Origin: Camelus ferus
Taxonomy: Eukaryota
DNA length: 64,000 nt
Reading direction: 5' to 3'
Assembly (NCBI RefSeq): GCF_009834535.1
Contig: NC_045707.1
Span: 56,856,001 to 56,920,000, forward strand
Below the pieces are notes generated by a model. It did not search any database and was not told the DNA's origin. It saw nothing but the letters and a program-made list of their open reading frames with translations. Shown piece by piece: positions 27,350-40,420 of the stretch (position 1 is its first letter; each line of letters starts with the position of its first letter). Made by a program: the position numbers and the translations under genes.

Positions 27350-28245
27350 AAATAAAATAGGGTCTGGTCAGTATTCTGTTTACTACTGGAGTATCATTAC
27401 TTCTAGTCCTTCTGAGATAAAAGAGCAATTAAATATATGTACACTAATTTATCTATCCACAAAGATATCTATCTAGATAGCCACCTAGAGAAATACAGCT
27501 AGCTAGCTAGATAGGTAGATAATGTAGATAGATAAACCTGTATTAGTATCCTGTGGCTGCTATAACAAATTGCTACAAACTGGATGGCATTTAAAAAAAA
27601 AACAAAAACAGAAATATATTCTTTCACAGTCTGGAAGCTAGAAGTCCCAAATTGAGGCAAGTTCAAAATTGAGGCAGAGCCACACTCTGTCCCAAGGGAG
27701 AATTTATTCCTTGCCTCTTCCAGGTTTTGGTGGTTCTAAGCATTCCTTGGCTTTTGGCCACGTCAGTCTCTGCTTCTGTGGTCTCATTGCTGCCTCCTCT
27801 TTTGCCTCAAAACTTCCTCTGCTCTTCTTACTACGATATATGTGATTGCATTTAGGGCCACCAAAATAAACTAGAATAAGCTCCTCTCAAGATTTTTTAA
27901 CTTAATTACATCTTTTGCCCAATAAGGTAATATTCACTCTTTTGCCATGTAAGGTAACATTCATAGATTCTAGGGATTAGGACGAACACATCTTTTTAGG
28001 ACTCATTAATTATCCCACTACAACATTACGCTCTCGTTCTCGCTCTCGCTATATATATTAAGATAAGCATGAATTCATTCTGGTTTCTAACCCTGATTCA
28101 GTATCACATTGTTTATTCTATTCTTCTCCTCTTGGTTCTCTATAACCTCTGGGAGAGAAACCTGCCTGTCACCATCAGCCATCTATTTACTTAATTGTTC
28201 AATTGCTTTATGTATCTAGTGGTTTCAAAATCGTTAACTTGTAGC
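27350..28245 (-). mobile_element. L1MC/MD-type 3' UTR interrupted by an MLT1C LTR
   Basis: tactactggagtatcattacttctagtcctt before the LTR; ccatctatttacttaattgttcaatt...gtggtttcaaaatcgttaac after it. Confidence 0.6.
27539..28022 (-). mobile_element. MaLR solo LTR (MLT1C-like)
   Basis: tgtattagtatcctgtggctgctataacaaattgctacaaactggatggc...gtaaggtaacattcatagattctagggattaggac...cccactaca. Confidence 0.85.
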
Positions 28246-28839
28246 CTGGAGAAAGTCAACTCCTGAGCAGGTCAACTCACAAAAAAGTGCCTTTTTATGC
28301 CAAAAGTCTGATCACAGATATACTAAATACTCAAGATACTATTAGTCTTTTGTTTATTTGATCAGTGTAAGGACAAAATCTGATTAATATTAAAAAGGAA
28401 GCTATTTTGTTGAGCAATAACTTTTTTTCCCCTCAAGTCTGTTTTATTTTCTACAAAAGAAAATAAAGCCTTTTTCCAATTCTCATAGATACTGTAAAGA
28501 TCACATGAGAAGCTACCAAAACAAATTTACTGTGTTGTATATTTCTTCTTGGAGTTTATGATTCTCCTTTGGCACTTAATTTCCCACCACAAAAGACAAC
28601 TCCTCTCGTAGGAACCTCTTATAGAAACATTAATTTTTACATAAAATTATCTTGTACTAGTGTGGACAGCTGTTGAGGAGGGTCTCATGGACAGAATCAC
28701 CAAATTTGACAATGCCATAGACAATTTCCTACAGCTGAATTCATCTGAATAGCACTCACTAAAAAAAGAAAATGCCTGCCAATGAACTGTTTATAATGCA
28801 AGGGGAAAAAAAGTGGAAAGGGCCTGATGTCTCTGTAAA

Positions 28840-29260
28840 AGAATAAATAAACTGTTTTGCTCTTGTAATAAAAGACTATTTAGCAATTAAAACAAATGAA
28901 CTACAGCTACAAGTATCCATACTGATGCATTTCAAAAACTTAAGTAAAAAAAAACTAATTTATGCAAATTTTAAAATGCAAAATGATACTTTATGTTGTT
29001 TATAAATATATACCTACGTGTATAATATGCAACAATCCTTATGGGGATAATATACTCTAACCTCAGGTTAGTGGTTGTCCTTGGAGAAAGAGACAAAGGA
29101 GGACTAGATGTGAAGGTACAGGCTTAATCATATCGGTGACATGTAATTATTTTACCAAAAGAGATCTAAAGTTAATCTGGAAATGTGAAACATCTCTAAA
29201 ACCTTGATAGGTACAGGTTGTCTGTCATATTTCTACACTTTTCTATATGTTACTTTTGTC
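28840..29260 (+). mobile_element. Old L1ME/MC 3' fragment
   Basis: aataaataaactg...gactatttagcaattaaaacaaatgaactacagctaca...ctcaggttagtggttgtccttgg. Confidence 0.6.
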
Positions 29261-30027
29261 AAAATGCACCAAAATATCTTAGAATTCGAAAATGTAATAA
29301 ATTTTTAATATGGATATTGGAGTATGTAAATTTTTTGAATATCTCATTCCCTGTTTTTATCAATGATCACACAAAGGACTAGATAAACATATGTATTATG
29401 CCCTTAAAAATATTTTTAAAGCTATACTTTTAAGAGGCTCATGCTCTGGCGAATGAGCTAGCCAGGCACTGGTTAAAGCTATACTTTTAAAGTATAATAT
29501 CCTATACTTTTAACTCTTGTTAAAGAGCTATACTTATTTAATATTAAATGGTTGATAAATTCCTGTTCAAAATTTCTTTAGCAAGAGATAATTTCTTCTG
29601 TCTCTTTTAATAGCAACTTAACCTTTGCCTAGTTCTTGGTTTGACAGAGCACTGTCTCATGTAAGAGATCCATCTCAGCCCTTATGTTGAGTTTTCAGGG
29701 AAGGGTTTCTAGTTGTCTGCATACTTATTCTTGAACATGAGAAGGCTCTGACACAATAAATCACTTTCCCCAAGTTGGATGTTGGGCTAAAATCAAACAC
29801 AGTTTTTTTCCATTCTTAATTGCTAACCCTTATAATAAATCTTTTTATCTCCCTTAAAAATTAAAGAGAACTTCAAAAAGTCTGTCAGGTATTTACTCCC
29901 TTATTTGTGTGTTTATTCTCTTGTCATTTTATTTGGTTTGTTAAGGCTTTAGTCAGGCAGGAGTGGTAGTTGATGAGAAGTATAGAACCTCTGGAAAAAA
30001 AGGCAATTAGCACAAACTTCTACTGGT

Positions 30028-30033
<6 letters not shown>

Positions 30034-30069
<36 letters not shown>
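30034..30069. repeat. (TC)18 microsatellite followed by a pyrimidine-rich tail
   Basis: Perfect dinucleotide run. Confidence 0.95.
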
Positions 30070-30073
<4 letters not shown>

Positions 30074-30483
30074 CCCTCCCTCTCTCTCCTCCTGCCCCCA
30101 CCCTCACAGTGGGAATTCATCTGGGTAAACAAGTCACTCTTTTGAAATGCTAATTATCCCTGGATGGGTAAAACCTTAGTTAAATTATAGTTGCTTTAAT
30201 CAGATTTAAGGGAAAGACTTTGAAATTAGTGAAATCAACTTGGGAGGATAAAACTTGCTCCAAGCAGTCATGCCTAAAAGAAATGGAAAATGAGAAAATA
30301 AGGAATATGAAAGTAAATAAAGGCATTCATCTAAGTGTGGTAGCATCCTGGAGCACTAGAATGTGAGTGACTATTTAGTGCTATATCTAGTGAAGCGTCG
30401 GGTTCTTCACAGTTTTTTTGAACATGTAAGAGGATCAATGCAACGTCCTTCATTTTTATCCCAAATCCAACTGTCCATCTATG

Positions 30484-30660
30484 CAGTTGTTCTTAAACTT
30501 AAGCACCATCAGAATCCTCTGGAAGAGTCACTAGAACTCAAATTGCTGAGCATGACCCTGAAGCTACTGATTCCTTGAGGCATGGGTAGGGCCAAAGAAT
30601 TGCATCTCTAAGGAATTCCCTTGTGATGCTGTCAGTGCTAGTTGAGGGAAAACCTTGCTA
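30484..30660. mobile_element. hAT-Charlie MITE (MER5A-like)
   Basis: cagttgttcttaaactt...catcagaatcctctggaag...gggtagggccaaagaattgcatctctaa...gtgatgctg. Confidence 0.75.
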
Positions 30661-30769
30661 AAGTTTCTCTCTTGCTTCACTGATTCTTCCTTTTCAATTT
30701 CTTTTCCTGGTGTGTCCTCTTCTCCACACCACTTCATACTTCCGCGTTGATAACAGACTGTAGAGGGAT

Positions 30770-31225
30770 TTAGAGTGGATAATTGGAAGACTATTGTCAT
30801 AATCCAGATGAGAGATGATTGCTCAGACTAGATGGTAACAGTGTAAAATGTGGTCAGATTTCTGAATGGATTGTATTGTACAAAAGAGAGAAATCAAGAA
30901 TGATTTAAAACTCTATACACTAATCCATTAGAAGAATTGAAGAGTCATCAACTAAAATGGGAAAGTCTCTGAGGGGAGCAGTTTGGAAGCAAAGTTCAAG
31001 AGTTCTATTTTTGGACATGTCAAGCATGAGATATGATACCTGTTACAAACAGAATTTGAGAGGTTGAGTAGGCATTTGGCTGTATGTGTGAAGTTCAGGA
31101 GAGAAATCTGGGCAGGAAATATATATTTGAGAGTCCTTGGCTTACAAATGGCATTTAAAGCCATGAGATTGCATGACACTTGATGAAATCACCAGGTGAC
31201 CAAGGACTGGGCTCTGGTGTTCCAG
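30770..31225 (-). mobile_element. L2 LINE fragment
   Basis: ataatccagatgagagatgat, gagttctatttttggacatgtcaag, gaagttcaggagagaaatctgggc, atggcatttaaagccatgagattg. Confidence 0.75.
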
Positions 31226-32269
31226 TATGAAGTGGTGTGATTTCATATATAAAAGATAGATTTATACTGAGCTACAACAAGGACCACATGAATGAAAGAG
31301 TTTTTCAAGATATAAGTCTTATCATAGAACTTAAATTTTCATACAATTCCTAAATATGAAAGAGAATAATAAGTTCTGTAAATTTCCTTATTTCCTAACA
31401 ATGAATGTCTTCTTGTTCTTGAGCCTTCATTCCCTCGTTTGAAGTAATATGTGATAGTGTCATAAAGAAGACCAAAATGAATAACTTTCACATAATTATT
31501 CAGTTTTTTTGGGAAGATGGGATGGGAGAGGGGCTCTGTGCTCATGAACTTTCTTTCTTACCTCCTTGCCAAGATAGTATCTGGATAGAGAGGAAATCTT
31601 AGGTATTTTTATGACATTGAATTAGATTTTCTTCATTTTAGGTTTCTCATCATAATCTCATGGCATCAGCTACAGTGAAATTTTACCTTCCAGAAAACTG
31701 GGCACCATGACCTGGTGTCCATTACAGTGTGGCTGATCCCATCTGATTATTCATCTTGTTCTGGAACACAGTGCTGATGAAAGTAGACATGGTCTTGCCC
31801 AAAATCTGGGACACTCTTATCTTTAACTTAGGCCTCTTGAAATCTACCAGCATTCTCACAACTTCTATACATTCTTTGGTGCCCATTGCCCTGAAGATTT
31901 CAACTAAGTATGTCATACTTCAGGTTGTTGTTTTAATGTACTTCAAATGTATTTACATTAGTTTGGTGATAAGCCTAGACTGCAATTATCAACATATAAT
32001 TTTGATTTACCATAGCAATATTTGTGATGAGTAAACACTAAAAAGTCAATATTTTTCTATAACATAAGTGTTTTAGTGTTGAGGACTTATTAGAGAGTAT
32101 TTATTCCTTGTTCTTCATTTATGGGTAAAAAGTCTAAAGTACAAAAAGTTATAATTATTTGGTCAAAGATAAAAAAAATTTTCAAAGAAATAAGTTGAAT
32201 TATTTTCCTACTATATCATTCACCAAGGGAAATTTTTCGGTTTTCTTGTATCCAGGAAATGGAGGTAAT

Positions 32270-33000
32270 TATTTTATAATGTGCCTGGAATTCAACAAGG
32301 CAACTACAAAGTCAAAGGTATACGATAACGCCCCTGACTTCCAGAAAACCATCATATAGCAGGAGAGACAGATAATGAAATAACTACACTAGAGAAGATA
32401 TGATGATAGTGTAAGCAGAGTATACCATGAAATCACAGAAAAAGGAAACAAAATGCAACATCAAAGGATCAGAAACTTCCAGGGTAAATTAAGGTTTGGA
32501 TGGAATTTTGAATAATGAAGAGTTCCCTAGACTATGGATGGATCAGTTTTAGTCAAACTGCAGAAAAACAAAACAAAACAAAGGATGAGGGAGATGATAA
32601 CAATATTTGGCAACCAGCAAGTGATCAGAATGATTGACATATTGGCATGTGAGGATATGGCAAGATTTGAGACAGAAAGGAAGAAGACCTACACTCCCAC
32701 AAACCGTGTAGGATATGAGAGGGATAGATTTTCTCCTGAGGGTACTGGGGAGGTTCTGAAGTTTTGCTTTGTTTTGCTTTTGCTTTGCTTTGCTTTGCTT
32801 AAAGGAGAATGACACAACGGGGTGGACTGAAATGGAGTAAGACTGGAAGAAAGGAAGTGAATTCAACAGCTAGAATAATAATCAGATTGGTAAGAAATAA
32901 TGAGAACAACAGAAGCTGAAAATTAGAAAGAAACTCAGAGATCAACTCCCAGGTTTATGATACCACTCCTGGAAATAACTGAGAATTAATTAGGTGGATG
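32270..33000 (-). mobile_element. Degenerate L2 fragments containing a (TTTGC)n run at about 32762-32800
   Basis: ataatgtgcctgg...gcccctgacttccagaaaacc...caggagagacaga and ttctcctgagggtactggggag. Confidence 0.5.
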
Positions 33001-33039
33001 TTAAGTAAGAAAATAAATGTAATGGACATATTTCCTGGG

Positions 33040-33573
33040 AATTGTGCTGCTCAGTTTCCTAAAAGGTCAGCGTTATCTTTAATTCAGTCCTGTCTCCTGA
33101 GCCACAACCTTTGGCCACAGTTTGATCAAAAATAGCAATAAAAGCAGCCATGACATTTGCTGGAGAGAACCTTATGACTTGGTGGTTTGGCTTGAATAGA
33201 TGAGTTAATCCAATCAAATTAGAGATTTAGGGATTGTTACCAGTGAGCTGTAGACTTTACAGCTGGAAAACTGTGTACCCTTAGGTTCTCTGGTGGATAT
33301 TTTCAGGATTCTGCAAACTGATGACTAAGCCAATTTGTAGAGAAAAGAGGATAACAGACATAAAAAAGGAAAGTGAGATAGAATTATGCAGTCCCTGAGA
33401 GACTGTTCATGCAACTCAGCTCCAGAAGGCCTGCCAGTTCTCATAAAGTCAGGTCCTTTCACTCCCATCCTTGGATTCTGTGAGGTCCTTTAAACTGTTA
33501 TGCGTTACACTCCCTGTTACTGATCTAGTTCACATGCATCTGTTGCTTGCAACTAAAGAAGCACTGGATGGAA
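33040..33573 (+). mobile_element. ERVL/MaLR-type solo LTR (LTR33/LTR16-like)
   Basis: ttggccacagtttgatc, ccaatcaa, and terminal tctgttgcttgcaactaaagaagcactg. Confidence 0.45.
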
Positions 33574-34894
33574 AATGTAATAAACCAATAATCAAACAAA
33601 CATAGAAGATACTATGCAGTTAGGATTTTCTCTTAGTCTATGTACAAAAGAAAATCCAGGTTTTTGTGAATATCTAGTTAACAGAAGCACAACTCTTTTG
33701 GATACAGTCTATCCCATTTTTAGAATTTTATATTCTAAATATTAGCCTAAAGCCCAGGAGTCCTTTTTGATTGGCTAAAGAAATCTACAACAACCTCATT
33801 TTTATATTTTGTTTCTTTAATCTTTATTTAACATAGAAAAAATTTTTCTTTGTTAATGTAGTCCATTAAATTAAAAGTATTTCTCCTTTTGACTGTCATT
33901 TTTTAATTCCTCTGACACATTTACTCTGATAGTCTATGGCTTCCTTGCTTTCAGATGGGTTCCTCTTTGTGTTGAGAAGAAAATAGTTTCATTAATGAGG
34001 TATAAAAGAAGATATTTGTTTTCTTGCATTTCTTCTTCTAAAATTGGAACTCTTCCTGGAGTGCTTTAATTTTAGAAAAATAATCCAAAATTAGCACATG
34101 ATACATTTTACTGATACTGAAAAATATCACAATTGTTTCTTTCCATAGCTGTTATTATAAAATATGTTTTTTGTACTCATTGGTCTATGTATAATTGTAG
34201 AGTGTACAATGACTGTTTTATGCGTAAAATATAATTTTCTGTTGTTCATGGTGTTGATTCTGTTGTGTGGGTGAGCACTGCAGTCCCTTGATTCTGAGAA
34301 AAATAAAACCTGGCTTTAGCACACTTCCTCTGCTACTGAATATAGAGATAATTATTCCGATGTTGCTGTGGAAATACTTTTAATGATGCTTTTTATAGAT
34401 TGTGTTGTTGGTGTAATATTTCTGTTTATTTACTTACTTATTTACAAATTTGTGAACTTAAATTATATTTTGTGAACATAGATGATTATAAGGCACTACT
34501 GCTTAAGACTGAAGAAGTAGGTACTCAGTAATTTGAATGAAATGCAGATTCCCTCTCATTATCAATGAACTCATTTTACTTTATCTCACACCTAGAAGTT
34601 ATGCTTGTCTGCTTCCAGTTATAAATCGACTCTGTTCAAAACGAGTTCTGTCTCTAGACTCTATGAAGTATGTATGGATTTTTTTTTCAATAGAAAGCAG
34701 ATGCTTTATCTAGTTCTATTCTGAAAGGTGCATTTTACCCACTCTTTTGTTGAATCTGAATTCCTGTTACTTACATCAGTGCCTGAGGTTTTGATCCTTT
34801 TCAATCAGTATGTGCTTTAGCACTGTACCCTGACATCCTCTGTGCTACTAATGGTGGCTGCCCTAATCTGTGCTCACTTGATCGATGGTGTTCT

Positions 34895-35460
34895 CTCATT
34901 CATTCAACGAAAATTACTAAGTATCTAGTAGTGGCCAGACACTATTCTAAGAACCAGGATACTGAAGTATAGAAAATAAATAGAAGACTCTCCATTGTGG
35001 AGCCTCCATTCTAGTGGGAGTGACTGTTGATGATGATAAATACATAAATAAAATACCTGGTATACCAGGTGATCATTAAGCACTAAAGGGAAAAGCAAAG
35101 CAGGGGACACTGGAGGTATCAGGAAAGGCTAATCTGAGAATATTGTATTTGGACATAAACTAAAGTAGATGAGGGGGGAACTATGCAAATATTGGAGAGT
35201 GGGTGGGGAGAGGGTCACTGTATACCTTGTCAGGATTAGTTTTAGTCAGGAGGGTTTGAGAGAGAATAGACAGAATGGAGGTAAATACCATGAGTAGAGA
35301 CAACTTTTTCAAAGAATTTTATTCTAAAGGGAAGTAGAAAAATGGGATAGTAGCAAGTAGGAGATGAAACGATTAGTAATGAGTTTTTTAGGACAAAATT
35401 ATAGCATATCTGTGTGCTGATGGGAATGGTCCAGTGGAAAGAGAAAAGTAATGATGCATC
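34895..35460 (-). mobile_element. L2 3' end and internal fragment
   Basis: tcattcattcaacgaaaattactaagtatctagtagtggccagacactattctaag...tggagcctccattctagtggg. Confidence 0.75.
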
Positions 35461-36162
35461 GGATGCCCGATTCTGGTTTCTTGGTCTGTTTTAATATCTT
35501 GCAGTACTGACACCTATTAAAATTAGATGTTGATTAGCCCAATTCCTACGGGCAAAGAAAACATTATGGTTCAGAAAAATGCATCAAAACACAAACATTT
35601 TGATCATATAATTGGCATGGATTTTCCAAAATTAATCCTCCTTGCCATCACTATTTTACAGAATTAACTGAATTTCCAAGCAGTTTTGCTATTATGTCCT
35701 AGCCTTGGCTCTGATCAAAGGCTAATTTAAATTCTTATGGGGAGATATTCTGTATTTTAGCCATTAGGTCATACTCTCATCTGGAAGCACAAGGACACTT
35801 TTATTATGGAAATTCCAAAATATGAATAACTATATCTGTCAATTAAGACAAATATAAATTTTATGTAGACTAAAACTACCCAGAACCATTGGGGTATGAG
35901 TAGCTAGGGATAAGTATAATTAAGAAATCAAATATGTTAAGTATTTTAAAATATCTGATGTAATTTACTTCTAGCTTTTAAATTTAACATTAAGCTAAGA
36001 AATACACTAATTTCTGTTTGCTTTATCATATGAGGACTATATTAACAACATATTAAAAATAGCAATTCAATTATTTGACATTCTATTAACAATTAGTTGA
36101 ATGACTAAATGTTTACTTTGTACTGAGTCCTAGTAATGCCTTGAGAATATATCTTTAGAAAC

Positions 36163-36686
36163 TGTATCAGTTCAGACTTAAAGCAGCAAAGTCCTAACTA
36201 AAACCAGTTTTAAAACATAAAGAGATTTACTCATAATTCAGAATCCAAAAATAAGGCAGGATTCAGCACTAAGTGGTACAGTGGTCAACTATGTCATCAA
36301 CTATGTCAACTATGTCATCTGTTTCTCTGCTCTGCCCTCCAGAAATGTCATCTCCACCTCTAAACAGGCAAAACTCACAGCCACAAACTGGCTTCCTTTA
36401 GCAACCTGGGCTACATGTATCCTTATTCACATCTAGTAGGAGACAGACCTCTTTCTGTTTCCAAAATTTTAAGAGAGTCACTGATGGTGCATCCCTAGGG
36501 CAATGTCTGAGGACAAGGAAATAAACAATGCTAACTAGTGCAAGACAGAAAAGTTCTCTGAAGTTGAGAGATTAATTAGCTGTTCTCAGACTGCCTGGGT
36601 TGCATGCGAAGGGTTAAAAAAAAAAAAACTTTTAAAATCTGAATATTTATAACATTCGGAGGAAAGGAGCTAGCAGTGTCCACTAC
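36163..36686 (-). mobile_element. MaLR solo LTR (MLT1K-like)
   Basis: tgtatcagtt...aactaaaaccagttttaaaacataaagagatt...tctgtttctctgctctgccctcc...gtgtccactac. Confidence 0.55.
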
Positions 36687-36982
36687 TGAGACCTAAATTT
36701 TTGTAAGAATTTCTTGATTTTTAAGTTTTTCTTGTTTTATCAAGATTTCTTAGACAAGTGTAGTGGAGAAATTTATAGGACTTTCACTGTGTAACTATGT
36801 TTTTCAATTCAACAATAAAATATTTACTGATTTATTAACTTTTATAGATGCAATATGGTTCCTACCTTCAATGAACTCAGAGTCTCACTGAGAAGAAAGA
36901 CATGAATGAGCCACTGTTATAGCACGTTAAATATTGTAACCGAGTCAGTACACAGTGCTAGGAGAACATGTATAAAAGATCT

Positions 36983-37560
36983 GTTGTAGTTTCCTAGGGC
37001 TGAATAATAAATTACCACAAATATAGCAACTTAAAACAATACACTTATCTCACAGTTGACTTGATTCAGGAATCTGGGCACAACTTAGCTGGGTTTTCTG
37101 CTTGGTATCACAAGCCCATAATTAAGACATCAGTGGGGTCTGAGTGCTCATCTGGAGCCTGGGATCCTCTTTCAAGCTCACAGTATGGTTGGCTGAATTT
37201 AGGTCCTTGTGATTGTAGTACCAAGACCCTCAGCTTCTAGAGGCCACCTACAGTTCCCTTCAAGTTTATCAGAGAGTTGCATTCATCCCAAGGGGGTTAG
37301 GGGGTGCAGTTCTTCTTTTAAGAATTCTCACCTTAATAAGCCAACTCCATGCAGGATAATAATACTTTCGATTAATTCAAAATCAGTTAATTTGGAACTT
37401 CAATTACATATGCAACATCTCTTCACCTTTGCTGCTTTCTGTTGGCTAGGAGTAAGTCACAGGTCCTGTCCACACTCAAGGTAGGGGATACACAGAAGGA
37501 GCACAACAGAGGAAACAAGAAAATCAGGGTCATGACCCTGTTCCTAGGAGGCATACACCA
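36983..37560 (-). mobile_element. MaLR solo LTR (MLT1E-like) inserted into an L2
   Basis: aaattaccacaaatatagcaacttaaaacaa...caggaatctgggcacaacttagctggg...aagtcacaggtcctgtccacactcaagg; L2-like sequence on both sides (about 36800-36980 and 37560-38080). Confidence 0.8.
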
Positions 37561-40044
37561 AAGGAGCCAAATTACTTCTATATAAAGGGGAAGAGGATTA
37601 TTAAGGGAGGCTTCAAACAATGGGTAAAATGTGAGTTTGGTAACAGAAAATAAATATTTCTAGGCAGATAAGGGAGAGAAGAGCATGTAGATACTGAAAT
37701 AAAATGAAGTATAGGCTTCTATAGAGTTTTATAGTTCTATATAGAGTTCTATAGAGAAGTATAGAGTTTTAGAAGTGAATACATGGGGAATAAAGAAATA
37801 GTCCAATGTGATTAATCCAAAATGTTGAAAAGGAAAAATGGCTTTAGCTTTGATCATGTATGGCTATGTCATAATATGTCATAAAAGGATTAGACTTTTC
37901 TCTGTAGACAGTGGAAAATGATCACAGGCATTTTCACTTTTGTCCGTGCATCTATTCATTCATTCATCCACCAGTGTTTACAAATTGGTACCTTGTGTAA
38001 GGCATCTCTTGGATGCCAGGGATATGAGGGTAAATGATATCTTTCCTGCCACCAATGATTTGCATTCTAGTAACTAATGAATAAAGTTCATTTAGCAACT
38101 TGTATAAATGTGACTATGACACAGTTGTAAGTCTGTAGCTTACCTGGTCCAGCCCCAGAGAGACTTTGCCATCCAAAGTACACAGTTCAGCAGCCAAAAT
38201 GATTTCAAAATTATTCAGTTCCTTTACTTATGTTTTTTGAAATTGAGAAGGGAGCATGAAACTTGCGACCATGTTTCCTAAACTTTTCCTGTTCCTTTTT
38301 CCCGCCCACTGTCCGCATACACTGTAGTCACTTCCATCCTTCTGTCTGTAAACTACCTGGAAAAACTCATCAGTCAGCCCAAGTCTGTACACATTCTCCA
38401 TATCCCCACCCCTCATGCTCTTTTCTCTTTACACTAAAATATAGCAGAACCAGGTCTAACAAGTTAGAAATCTCCTCATGGGACAACATAAAGAAAGAAA
38501 TAGATTAGACAAAATAAGAATCTTTTTTGGGTGACAGGAAGAGGGAAAAAGCACAAAGGACTAATCACAATTTAATGCATTTAAGTCTATCAGAATAATA
38601 ATAATAATAGTAAGTAAGTGTTTTAACTGTAGAAGGAGAAAAGACAACCACTATCTGCTTTTAAAACTTTATTAAAATAATTGCAATTTTAGAACACTTG
38701 AAGAGAGTTTTGTGGGGACTAAGATGCTTAAAATTTTAGAAGATAAATCAAGGACAGTGTGTCAAAGTTCAGTCCTGTTTTGAGAATTATTCATTTTTCG
38801 TATTTTTGGAAGGTATGTGAAAACTGATGTTGCTTTAACCATGGAACTGGATGTAGAGAGAGCAGCACTGGGGCCATGGTTTAGCAGCTATGGGTGGGCC
38901 AATATGGATTTAGCAAGAGATGTGGGTGGAAAAATTCAGACTAAGCTCTTGCTGAAATGAGTGGAAATTTTTCATTTTTCAGTATCCTTCACATTACAGA
39001 GGTAAGCTCTAGTTTCTTAGACAAGCTAAAGTACAGATTCCACCCCCAGACTGGGGAAGGAAAGGCCAGGAAAAAATCTCTTGTAAATATAGCTTTACCA
39101 AAATGAATAACATTTTCAAGAGGCACGCAGATGAGAAAAAGGATGCCATATTCCAGAATTACAGTTACTCAAGTGTTCAAATGACAAGAAAGTACAAAGC
39201 AGCGTACAGACGTTTCCATGAATACGAGTAGCAGGAGAGGTGGAAGGTAAAGAACACGTATTTATGTCAAAATACATTTAAAAAACAAAACAAAACTGGA
39301 AGCTAGGTTTTAGAATTGTAAACTTCACAATACAAAATCAAGCAGCCCTGGATATGAATTAACTTTTTCATAACATTAAAAAAATTATTTGTATGTAAAA
39401 TGTGCAATGGTTTCAACAAAAGTCTATTCACATTTCAGGGTCTCTCCATTTGGATGACCCATCACTACTCAAATCATACTTCAGTTAAGAAGATAGCCAT
39501 ACTGAGCACTTACTGCATTTATAGACTGCACTAGCCTTTGTGGATCATACATTGCAGGAGCTTGCAATATCCTGGCTCTTTTCCAGAGAATTCATGATTA
39601 GTAAAGATTAGAAAAAACCTCCATCCACTCAATTAGATGACTACATATGTCAAATTTCCACTCACCATGGTAACTGCGTTAAGTGGTATTTATTAAGGGT
39701 AGTTATCTAGGGTATGCAGCAGGCACGAAACTCACTTTGATCTTTTGTTAGTGATCATTAGCCCACTCTTTCTGTCATGTGACTCCTTAAATTTCTAAAG
39801 GTCAAGAATACATTGTTTTCTATTAGTGGTAACCACTTAGTTACGCTCTAGCGATCTTTCTATGACTATTTAGCACCACTCTTTAAAAAAATAAGGTATT
39901 GTGGGTTGTGGATTTGTGTGATTCTCTACCACTCTACACAAAATAGGGGGGCAGCATATAAATAAAAGGAAGTTTCTACTATTATCTTTCACAATACTTT
40001 GATAATTTGACACTTACCTCATCTTCCCTCCTTATAATGTAAAC

Positions 40045-40420
40045 ACTGTAATGGCTTCCCATTGCACTAGCAATAGAATCCAAACTCTCCCTGGGCTACC
40101 AGACACTGCATGGCATAAACCCTGCCCACCTGTTCTCTCTCTTCTCCTCACACACTTACTGTTGCCCATTCTGTTCCCGACACACTGGTCCTTAGAATAT
40201 ACTGTACCCTTCCCACCTAGAGTGGAGTTATGTGGATGCTCTCAGGAAAGCATCCTGACCCCTCCCTCACAGCTGTTCTCTTGACTGAGTGCTTCTAATC
40301 CTTCAGACCTCAGATACCTTGTCTGTCTTATCGTTACTCTGCCAAAACTGTCAGATGCATCGTAGGTGACCAAACAGTATTTGTTGAAGGAAAGAAAGAA
40401 GGCAGAAAGGAAGAGGGGAA
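40045..40420 (+). mobile_element. L2 3' region
   Basis: aatggcttcccattgcactagcaatagaatccaaactc...cacactggtcctt...gtatttgttgaagg. Confidence 0.7.

Noticed and set aside
27911..27963. 26-bp tandem duplication
   Set aside because: Inside the MLT1C-like LTR and probably part of that element's history or consensus.
28650..28775. Minus-strand ECYSDEFSC resembling the start of an LDL-receptor class A repeat
   Set aside because: The remaining cysteines and the acidic DCxDxSDE motif are absent in all frames.
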